Position numbers and translations under genes: made by a program
Assembly (NCBI GenBank): GCA_963663545.1
Contig: OY760505.1
Location: 3,136,001 to 3,200,000, forward strand
DNA from: Candidatus Delongbacteria bacterium
GTDB taxonomy: Bacteria; CAIWAD01
Direction of reading: 5' to 3'
Length of the DNA: 64,000 nucleotides
The notes under the pieces: generated by a model
Told to the model about the DNA's origin: nothing
The model's database searches: none
The model's input: the letters and a program-made list of their open reading frames with translations, nothing else
In this document: positions 10,731-18,191 of the stretch, piece by piece
How the letters are laid out: each line of letters begins with the position of its first letter
Position numbering within the stretch: position 1 is the stretch's first letter

Positions 10731-10964
10731 ATGGCCGACAAGACTCGCATCGTTCCGGACAATGTCCCGGGTAAGTTCTACGTGGATGATGACTGCATCG
10801 CCTGTGGCGCCTGCAGTGACGCTGCCCCCGATTTCTTCGTCGAGAGCGAAGATGGTGACCACAATTACGTGGCCAAGCAGCCCACCACGCCTGAGGAAGA
10901 GCAGCAGGTCCGCGATGCCATGGCCGAGTGCCCTGTCGATTGCATTGGGGACGACGGCGAATAA
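10731..10964 (+). CDS. Single-cluster ferredoxin
   Basis: 'NVPGKFYVDDDCIACGAC...AP..F...CPVDCI'; ATG after AGGAG; acidic, 77 aa. Confidence 0.9.
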   Translation: MADKTRIVPDNVPGKFYVDDDCIACGACSDAAPDFFVESEDGDHNYVAKQPTTPEEEQQVRDAMAECPVDCIGDDGE

Positions 10965-10983
10965 GCCGGATGGCTGGACATTG

Positions 10984-11006
10984 GGGGCGCTTCGGGCGCC
11001 CCTTTT
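10984..11006 (+). terminator. Intrinsic terminator between ferredoxin and selenoprotein genes
   Basis: GGGGCGC-TTCG-GGCGCCCC-TTTT. Confidence 0.7.
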
Positions 11007-11021
11007 CTCTCTGGAGGAATC

Positions 11022-11237
11022 ATGGAAATCCGTATTAAGTACTGCAACGTCTGAAATTACCGTCCGCGCGCTGTCGGTCTGGCAGCCTTCCTGGAAGAAA
11101 AAGTGGCAGCGAGTTGTGAGCTGATCCCCGGTTCCGGCGGTGTCTTTGACGTGGTTGTGGATGGCCGTCTGGTGTACAGCAAACACCAGAGTGGGCGCTT
11201 TCCCACGCACGAGGAGATCCTGCAACTGCTTGTGTGA
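11022..11237 (+). CDS. SelW/SelT/SelH (Rdx) family selenoprotein, 71 aa; in-frame TGA at 11052-11054 read as Sec (absent from ORF track)
   Basis: GGAGG RBS; translation MEIRIKYCNV(U)NYRPRAVGLAAFLEEKVAASCELIPGSGGVFDVVVDGRLVYSKHQSGRFPTHEEILQLLV; CxxU, 'GxFDV', 'SK..GRFP' motifs. Confidence 0.92.
11070..11086 (+). promoter_or_regulatory. Bacterial SECIS hairpin
   Basis: GCTGTC-GGTCT-GGCAGC; the loop starts after a 21-nt spacer from the UGA and resembles the E. coli fdhF SECIS apex (GCAGGUCUGC). Confidence 0.8.
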
Positions 11238-11369
11238 CGAAGCGCTGACGGGCAGTGCACCCTTATTCTCCTGTCTCTCATCTTTCCTACCTTACACGGT
11301 CTTTGCATACCAGGAGCGCTATGCGTTGGCGCCGGCGAAGGCTGTTCGAAAACTCCGGAAGGAAGGATC

Positions 11370-11936
11370 ATGGTTTGCTCACGCATGCTGGTCACCGTAT
11401 TGACCGTTTTGGCTTTGTCCTGCAGCCTCTGGGCTGCCTCCTTCAGTGATCAGCTGCTATTGACCAGCGCAGGACGCAGCTCCGACGTGCTGATCGCGCG
11501 GCAGATTTTTACTCGCGCAGGTCTGGAAGAACCGCGCATGATGCAGGAAGCCACCGGCGATTCGCTTGCGGGCGTGGAAACGCTGGTGCTGGTGCTCGGC
11601 GGTTCGGGCAAGGGCTTGGGGCAGGCGCAGGACGCAGCCGATCAGGAACTGGCCCGCATCGAAAGCCTGCTGAATGCCGCCGAGGAAGCCGGCATTCGCA
11701 TCGTCAGCATGCATTTAGGGCGCGAAGCACGTCGCGGCGCTCTCTCGGATCAGTTCATTTTGCCGGTTGCTCCGCGCAGTCAGCACATGCTGGTCATTGA
11801 TGGCGGCAACAAGGACGGGCTGTTCAGCACCCTCTCTGAGGACGGCGGGATTCCGCTGACCCTGTGCGCCGACTACGTAGAAATGGTGCAGCAGGTCAAT
11901 CAGCTCTTTGGTCTTAAAATGCCCGAGAAGAAATAG
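11370..11936 (+). CDS. Secreted conserved hypothetical protein (DUF6305-like)
   Basis: Signal peptide; 'LLTSAGRSSD', 'GGSGKGLG', 'HLGREARRG.LSD'. Family recalled from motif memory only. Confidence 0.6.
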   Translation: MVCSRMLVTVLTVLALSCSLWAASFSDQLLLTSAGRSSDVLIARQIFTRAGLEEPRMMQEATGDSLAGVETLVLVLGGSGKGLGQAQDAADQELARIESLLNAAEEAGIRIVSMHLGREARRGALSDQFILPVAPRSQHMLVIDGGNKDGLFSTLSEDGGIPLTLCADYVEMVQQVNQLFGLKMPEKK

Positions 11937-11942
11937 GACACC

Positions 11943-12431
11943 GTGGGGAAGAAAAAGAAGAGCACGCAAGGGGCTGACCCGCAGCGGATCATTGCCCAGA
12001 ACCGCAAGGCGCGCCACGACTACCACATCGAGCAGACGTGGGAGGCGGGCATGGTGCTGTGCGGTACCGAGGTGAAGAGTTGTCGCGAGGGCCGCGCCAG
12101 CATCAAGGAAGCCTACGCCAAGGTGATACAAGGCGAAGTGTTTGTGATTGACATGCACATCTCGCCCTATTCCCACGGCAGCTTCGGCGTGCACGAAGAG
12201 CAGCGCCCCCGCAAACTGCTGTTGCATGCGACCGAGATTCGCAAAATCGCCCAGCAGGTTGAGAACAAGGGCTATACGCTTGTGCCCCTGATGGTGTACT
12301 GGAAGAAACACCTGGTGAAATGCCGACTGGCGCTGGTTACGGGAAAGCGACAGTACGACAAGCGCCAGGACATTGCCAAGCGCGACTCCGATCGCGAGTT
12401 GAAGCGCATCATGAAGGAGAGAAACCAGTGA
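11943..12431 (+). CDS. smpB: SsrA-binding protein
   Basis: '[11 protein letters not shown]', '[13 protein letters not shown]', 'RKLLLH', '[11 protein letters not shown]'. Confidence 0.97.
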   Translation: MGKKKKSTQGADPQRIIAQNRKARHDYHIEQTWEAGMVLCGTEVKSCREGRASIKEAYAKVIQGEVFVIDMHISPYSHGSFGVHEEQRPRKLLLHATEIRKIAQQVENKGYTLVPLMVYWKKHLVKCRLALVTGKRQYDKRQDIAKRDSDRELKRIMKERNQ

Positions 12432-13648
12432 GTGCCGCCTTTCCGCCCCTGAATGAGCAGATGGATGAAATCCGCCGCGGAGTGGCTGATCTGCTTCCAG
12501 AGAAGGAATTGGAAGAGAAGCTTGTTCGCAGTGCCAAAAACGGAACGCCCTTGGTGATCAAGTTTGGTGCCGATCCCAGCGCCCCGGATTTGCATATCGG
12601 ACACGCGGTGGTCATCAACAAACTGCGCACCTTCCAGCAACTCGGTCATCAGGTGGTTTTTCTCATCGGCGATTTTACCGGCATGGTGGGTGATCCAACG
12701 GGCAAGAGCAAAACGCGCCCGCAGTTGACGCGGCAGCAGGTGCTGGACAACGCCGAGACCTACAAGAGCCAGATCTTCAAGCTGCTCGACCGTGAGCGGA
12801 CGCAGATTCGCTTCAACAGCGAGTGGTTTGAAGCGATGGACGTTTACGCTTTTCTGGCTCTCACCAGCCACTACACGGTCGCCCGGCTGCTGGAGCGCGA
12901 TGATTTTGCCAAGCGCCATGCCTCACAAACACCCATCGCCCTCATCGAATTCCTCTATCCCTTGATTCAAGGCTACGACTCCGTGGCCCTGAAGGCGGAT
13001 GTGGAATTGGGCGGTACCGATCAGCGCTTCAATCTGCTGGTGGGACGCACCCTGCAGGAGCATTACGGACAGGAGCCGCAGGTCGTGCTAACCATGCCCA
13101 TCCTTGAGGGCACGGACGGCGTCAACAAGATGTCCAAGAGTCTGGATAACTACATTGGCATCTGTGATACACCGCGTGACATGTTTGGTCGCACGATGAG
13201 CATTCCCGACGAGTTGATTCCGCGCTGGTACGAGCTGGCGACGGATCTGCCTGCTGCAGAAGTCAAGAGCATCCGCGAGGAGCTGAAGGGCAGTCAGGTA
13301 AATCCCGTGATTCTCAAGCGTCGCCTCGGACGCGAACTAGTGCGCATGTATCACGACGTGGAAGCGGGAGTTGCCGCCGAACGTGAGTTCGACGAGATGT
13401 TCCGCAAGGGCGGCGAGCCCGATGAAATGCCTGAAGTGCAGCTGGCCGGAGACTGCGCTCTGATCGACCTGATGGTGGATCACGGCATGGTCGCCAGCAA
13501 AGGTGAAGCGCGCAGGCAGATTCGCCAGGGAGCGGTCAGCCTGGATGGCGAACGTATCACGGATGAAATGCATCAGGTAACCCCGGACGCCTCGCACGTA
13601 CTCAAAGTCGGCAAGCGTCGCTTTCTGCGTATCTGTGCGCTAAGTTGA
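12428..13648 (+). CDS. tyrS: Tyrosine--tRNA ligase
   Basis: HIGH and KMSKS motifs, 'GGTDQRFN', C-terminal S4 domain; GTG overlaps the smpB stop (GTGA). Confidence 0.97.
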   Translation: MSAAFPPLNEQMDEIRRGVADLLPEKELEEKLVRSAKNGTPLVIKFGADPSAPDLHIGHAVVINKLRTFQQLGHQVVFLIGDFTGMVGDPTGKSKTRPQLTRQQVLDNAETYKSQIFKLLDRERTQIRFNSEWFEAMDVYAFLALTSHYTVARLLERDDFAKRHASQTPIALIEFLYPLIQGYDSVALKADVELGGTDQRFNLLVGRTLQEHYGQEPQVVLTMPILEGTDGVNKMSKSLDNYIGICDTPRDMFGRTMSIPDELIPRWYELATDLPAAEVKSIREELKGSQVNPVILKRRLGRELVRMYHDVEAGVAAEREFDEMFRKGGEPDEMPEVQLAGDCALIDLMVDHGMVASKGEARRQIRQGAVSLDGERITDEMHQVTPDASHVLKVGKRRFLRICALS

Positions 13649-13663
13649 TCCGGTCGGACAACG

Positions 13664-14656
13664 ATGTATCACGAAGGACCTGAAGTGTTGTTAGCTGAAA
13701 TCCAGCAGCTGGTAGCCACGGAGCTTGCGTCATTCACTCAGCGCTATGATGCCTGGCTGCGAAGTAAGGACTCAGCCTGGCTGGATTCGCTGGTGGACTA
13801 TCTGGCGCAGAACCGCGGCAAACTACTTCGTCCCACTCTCACTTACCTTGCGGCCAAGGCGACCGGTGGAGTAAATGATCGCACTCACTGCGCCGCAATG
13901 GTGGTCGAATTACTGCACAATGCCACACTGGTACACGATGATGTGGTGGATCAGGCCGATCGGCGTCGCGGCCAGAGCAGCCTGAACTCGCGCGAGGGCG
14001 ACAAGGTCAGCGTACTGATGGGCGATTTTCTACTGGCGCGCGCCATGTCGGCCATGAGCGGTTGCGGCGATCACCGCGTCTACGAGCTCGTGGCAGCCGT
14101 TGCCGGGCGGCTGGCTCACGGCGAGCTGGAACAGCTCGATCGTGCGCGTTCGCTGCAGATGGATGAGGACGCCTACTTCGGTATCATCACCGACAAAACG
14201 GGTGGACTGATTGGTGTCAGCTGTCAGCTGGGTGCCATCAGTAGCGGAGCCAGCCCTGAGCAGGGCGCGGCCTTGGCGTGTTACGGCGAAGCGCTTGGCG
14301 TGGCCTTTCAGATTCGCGACGATCTACTGGATTACGAAGGCGATGCTGGCACCCTTGGCAAGCCTGTAGGTGGAGATCTGCGCGAGGGCAAAATTACACT
14401 GCCGCTACTGCATGCTTTGTCCATGGCGGATGAACCGCAGGCGACGAAAATGCTGAAGCGGTTGCATCATCCATCCGATGAAGATGTATCACGTTTGATC
14501 GAGTTTGTCCGCCTTCACGGCGGCATTGAGCACGCCCGTGTGCGCGCAGAAGAATTCTGCGAGCGCGCTTGCAGTGCATTGGCGCTTCTACCAGAAAGTG
14601 CCGCACGGGAGATGCTGATTCGTCTGGGTCGCTTCGCGATCCGGCGCAACCACTAG
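13664..14656 (+). CDS. Long-chain polyprenyl diphosphate synthase (IspB/HepT-like)
   Basis: 'GKLLRP', 'LVHDDVVDQADRRRG', 'FQIRDDLLD', 'GKPVGGDLREGKITLP'. Confidence 0.92.
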   Translation: MYHEGPEVLLAEIQQLVATELASFTQRYDAWLRSKDSAWLDSLVDYLAQNRGKLLRPTLTYLAAKATGGVNDRTHCAAMVVELLHNATLVHDDVVDQADRRRGQSSLNSREGDKVSVLMGDFLLARAMSAMSGCGDHRVYELVAAVAGRLAHGELEQLDRARSLQMDEDAYFGIITDKTGGLIGVSCQLGAISSGASPEQGAALACYGEALGVAFQIRDDLLDYEGDAGTLGKPVGGDLREGKITLPLLHALSMADEPQATKMLKRLHHPSDEDVSRLIEFVRLHGGIEHARVRAEEFCERACSALALLPESAAREMLIRLGRFAIRRNH

Positions 14657-14664
14657 GGGAGCCC

Positions 14665-15732
14665 ATGACTCGTCTTCTTGCCATTTCCAGGGGAATCCTG
14701 CTCAGTGCGGGTTTGCTGACCGCCGGTCTGGTTCTGCAACACTGCGGTGGAGTACAGCCAATAGGGCTGGAAGGAAGCATCCAGGGCTACGAGTACCAGA
14801 TCATGATTCCCGCGCCGCCGAAAGAGGCAAACCCTAAGCAGGATCTGCAGAACCTGGAGGGGAAGATTGCCGAGCTCGTGGGATATCTTGGCGGTTGTGA
14901 TCCGGCTGCTGTGCGCGATGTCAATCTTCGTGCGGGTGACAAATCGGGATCGATGGAACAGGCCGCCTACGACATCGTGCTGGAGTGTTTCACCCACCGT
15001 AAGCAAAGCGCAGGTCTGGTAGAGTTTCTTGCGGGACCGCTGAACCAGCTTTACGGTTTTTGTGATGCAGAGTTCGGCCAGCGCAACGCTGAAGGTGTGA
15101 TACAATTTCCCGCTTTGGAGCACCTGCCGACACAGGCAGAGCTCGACTCCACCTTGGCGCTGGTGCAGAAGGGGGGAACCTATGTCGTCGAGCGCGGCAT
15201 GCTTCTGTCCATGAAGGGAATGGCCATCAGTCTTGAGCAGATGCTTGAGGGCCGTGTAGTGAGTGAGCTGAATTCGAGCCTGCACAGAATGGGCTACACC
15301 GATTTCAAGATCCGTTTCGGTTCCACGACCGGCGTCTGGGGCGAGGGCCCCGATGGAGGCGATTGGCTCGTCAACCTCCAGGATCCCCGCGATCCGGCTG
15401 CAAACCTGGGCAAGATTCGACTTCACGATTCCGAGATCCTCGCGCAGGCCGGTTGCGGAAGTCGGGCGATGCGCTTGCCTGATGAATCGCTGTGCTACGC
15501 CATCAATCCGCTCGACGGGAAGCCGGTGGCGGCTCCTGCATTGGCGGCCACTGTATCACGAAAGGCTGTCCTTGGCGATGTCTGTGCTACAGCGCTGCTG
15601 ATTGGCCAGGAGTCCTATCTTGATGCCATGCCGGGTGAAATTGAAGGCGCCTGCTGGTTTGCGCCTGACGGCGACTGGTCCAGTCCACAGTTCACGGGTG
15701 ACATGGCCAGGCGCTTCGAGGCTGGCAGGTAG
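14665..15732 (+). CDS. Divergent ApbE-like FAD:protein FMN transferase, probable lipoprotein
   Basis: Signal ending 'LQHC'; 'W.VNLQDP', 'INPLDGKP', 'DVCATAL' match the ApbE layout, but core motifs are altered. Confidence 0.6.
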   Translation: MTRLLAISRGILLSAGLLTAGLVLQHCGGVQPIGLEGSIQGYEYQIMIPAPPKEANPKQDLQNLEGKIAELVGYLGGCDPAAVRDVNLRAGDKSGSMEQAAYDIVLECFTHRKQSAGLVEFLAGPLNQLYGFCDAEFGQRNAEGVIQFPALEHLPTQAELDSTLALVQKGGTYVVERGMLLSMKGMAISLEQMLEGRVVSELNSSLHRMGYTDFKIRFGSTTGVWGEGPDGGDWLVNLQDPRDPAANLGKIRLHDSEILAQAGCGSRAMRLPDESLCYAINPLDGKPVAAPALAATVSRKAVLGDVCATALLIGQESYLDAMPGEIEGACWFAPDGDWSSPQFTGDMARRFEAGR

Positions 15733-15735
15733 AAT

Positions 15736-16725
15736 GTGATACAGGGCCTTCCGCCCGGAACCAGTACGGTTGTACTGGTGCGTTTCTCTTCCATCGGCGA
15801 TTTGCTTCTGGCCGAACCGCTTCCGCGCTTGCTGAAGAAGGTTGGTGTGCGTCGGGTGGTCTTTGTCACCAAAGAGAACCTTGCTCCCCTTCCGCAGGGC
15901 TGGCCTGCTGTTGATCGCACGCTCTGCCTTTCCGCACAGGGCGGGCTGAGGCAACTAGTGGACTTGCGTCGCGAGCTGCTGCGCGAGAGAGCGGATCTTG
16001 TCCTGGACCTGCACAACAACCAACGCAGTCGACTTCTATGCTGCGGGCTTTCCGCTCGCCATCTCTCCAAACATCGCCTGCACAAATTGTTGCTGGTACA
16101 CGCTCGCACCTTGTGTCACCGTCATCCACGACCCGTTAGCGAACGCTATCTACAGTTGGCCGGACTAGACGTCTCCACGGCGGACGCGCTTCCGCAACTG
16201 TGGACACAGGGGCAGCGTCTGCAGTACGGCACGGCCCAGTACGAAGTGCTGGTGCCCGGAGCCGGGCTGGTCACCAAATGCTGGCCGCGCGAGCATTGGA
16301 TCGAATTCACGCGTCTGCTGCTTCAACGCAGTCCGCTTCCTTTACTGATTCTGGGTGGAAACAGCGAAGCCGGATTGGGCCGCGAGCTCGCCGCGTTGAA
16401 TCCTGCACGTATCACATCGCATTGCGGAACCCAGGACCTGAATGGAACGGCTCGTCTGCTCGCGCAGGGGCGCCGCTTGATCTGCGGTGATACGGGCCTG
16501 ATGCATATGGCAGATGCTGCCCGCATTCCCGGTGTGGTGCTTTTCGGGGGAACCGTCCCCGAGCTGGGATTTGCGCCGCGCGGAGGTACTTTGCGTGTGA
16601 TACAACGTGAGCTAGGCTGCCGTCCCTGTTCCCACATTGGCAGACGCCGCTGCCCCAGGGGACATTTAAATTGCATGCGGGAGCTTCTTCCCGCCGAAGT
16701 GCTTGAATCCTATCTGGAGTGCTGA
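15736..16725 (+). CDS. Glycosyltransferase family 9 (LPS heptosyltransferase, WaaF-like)
   Basis: 'RFSSIGDLLL', 'PGA..TKCWP', 'DTGLMHMA', 'CRPCSHIG..CPRGH..CM'. Confidence 0.88.
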   Translation: MIQGLPPGTSTVVLVRFSSIGDLLLAEPLPRLLKKVGVRRVVFVTKENLAPLPQGWPAVDRTLCLSAQGGLRQLVDLRRELLRERADLVLDLHNNQRSRLLCCGLSARHLSKHRLHKLLLVHARTLCHRHPRPVSERYLQLAGLDVSTADALPQLWTQGQRLQYGTAQYEVLVPGAGLVTKCWPREHWIEFTRLLLQRSPLPLLILGGNSEAGLGRELAALNPARITSHCGTQDLNGTARLLAQGRRLICGDTGLMHMADAARIPGVVLFGGTVPELGFAPRGGTLRVIQRELGCRPCSHIGRRRCPRGHLNCMRELLPAEVLESYLEC

Positions 16726-18014
16726 TGCAAAGCCTCAGCCTGTTTCTATACCAGCTGCTGTTGCCGCTGGTTTGGATCCTGGTCCACACCATCGGCCTGA
16801 TTCCGCGTCGCATTCGTGCCAATGTGCTGGTCCGTCGCGGCTTGCTGAAGCGAACGGCGGCCGCAATCGCGCAGCTGCCTGAACCACGAGTGCGTCGTGT
16901 CTGGATTCACTGCGCTTCCATGGGGGAGTTTGAGGCGATACGTCCACTGGCGCGCAAACTGCGTGCGCGCGGCGAACAGGTGCTACTCACTTTTTATTCC
17001 ACAAGTGGACCCACGACGCTGTTGCGCAGCGGTCAGAGCGTGGACGAGGCGGATTGGATCGGCTATTTGCCCTTTGATCTGCCCTGGACTGCGCGCGCCT
17101 TTGTGCGAACCCTGGCGGCTGAGCTGATGATTGTGACCAAGCACGACCTATGGTACAACCATCTGCGTCAGGCGCACAAAGCCGGTTGTCGTGTAGCCTT
17201 CATCAACGCCAACTTCCATCCGGATTCGCATTTCGCCAAGCCGCTTTTGCGAGCCTTCAACCGTGCTACACTGGCCAACTGTGATCGCATCGCCAGCGTA
17301 AGCGAAGCCATGGCCGAACGTTTTCGCGATTTGCTTGACGGCCTGGACGTGCCGGTGTGCGCTCCGGGAGAAACGCGCTTCGACCGTGTAGTGGAGCGCG
17401 CCCGCAACAGCGAGGCTTGTGCGCAGTTGCCCGCTGGCTTCAGCGACGACCATTTCGTCTGGGTCATGGGCTCTTCCTGGGCACCTGAGGAAGAATTGGT
17501 GCTGCCCCTCTTTGCGCAGCTGTTTGAGCGGCATCCAAAGCTGCGTCTGCTCTTGGTTCCGCACGAGCCCGATGAAAAGCATCTGGCTGCCAGCGACACG
17601 CTGTTGAAGTCTCTTGGCCTGCGCTACAAACGCCTCAGCCACTGCGCGGGCGAGTGGGACCAAGGGGACAGCGTACTTCTGGTGGACCGCATGGGGTTGC
17701 TTGCCGGGCTTTACGCCTGTGCTTCGCTGGCCATTGTTGGCGGTGGATTTACCACCGGTGTGCATAGCGTCATCGAGCCCGCCGCCTTTTCTTTGCCGGT
17801 ACTCTTTGGTCCCAAATGTCAGGTGGCGCAGGAGGCGCAGGATCTACTGGTCTGCGGCGGTGGTGCTTTACTTGGCGGTAGCGAAGAGAGTGGCGCTTTG
17901 CTGGCGAGCCTGGTGGAAGATGCGAAACGGCGCGAGGAGATGGCGACGGCGGCGGCCGCGCTCGTCCGCTCGCGCATGGGTGCGACAGACGCGCTCCTGC
18001 GGCTGCTGGACTAG
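16725..18014 (+). CDS. waaA: Kdo transferase
   Basis: 'WIHCASMGEFE', 'YLPFD', 'GETRFDRV', 'VPHEP', 'HSVIEPA'; TGATG overlap with the upstream gene. Confidence 0.9.
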   Translation: MQSLSLFLYQLLLPLVWILVHTIGLIPRRIRANVLVRRGLLKRTAAAIAQLPEPRVRRVWIHCASMGEFEAIRPLARKLRARGEQVLLTFYSTSGPTTLLRSGQSVDEADWIGYLPFDLPWTARAFVRTLAAELMIVTKHDLWYNHLRQAHKAGCRVAFINANFHPDSHFAKPLLRAFNRATLANCDRIASVSEAMAERFRDLLDGLDVPVCAPGETRFDRVVERARNSEACAQLPAGFSDDHFVWVMGSSWAPEEELVLPLFAQLFERHPKLRLLLVPHEPDEKHLAASDTLLKSLGLRYKRLSHCAGEWDQGDSVLLVDRMGLLAGLYACASLAIVGGGFTTGVHSVIEPAAFSLPVLFGPKCQVAQEAQDLLVCGGGALLGGSEESGALLASLVEDAKRREEMATAAAALVRSRMGATDALLRLLD

Positions 18015-18191
18015 AGAAAATCACACACCATTGTGACAGCACCGTCACATTTTGCGTAGAGAGTTACGGGCAATCCGTACTGCCGGATATTGAACACATA
18101 GCTGCTTTCTGCTTGCAGATTGAGCTTGCAAGCTAGACATTAATAGCCTTATCAGCTTGAGTAACGGGCGTCGGAAAATGAACGGGGGACC

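Noticed and set aside
11943..12431. tmRNA (ssrA) expected near smpB
   Set aside because: smpB is tightly flanked by coding genes and I found no tmRNA-like ends in the intergenic regions.
18032..18049. CRP/FNR site
   Set aside because: TGTGA and TCACA are 8 nt apart rather than 6; kept only as an unassigned dyad.
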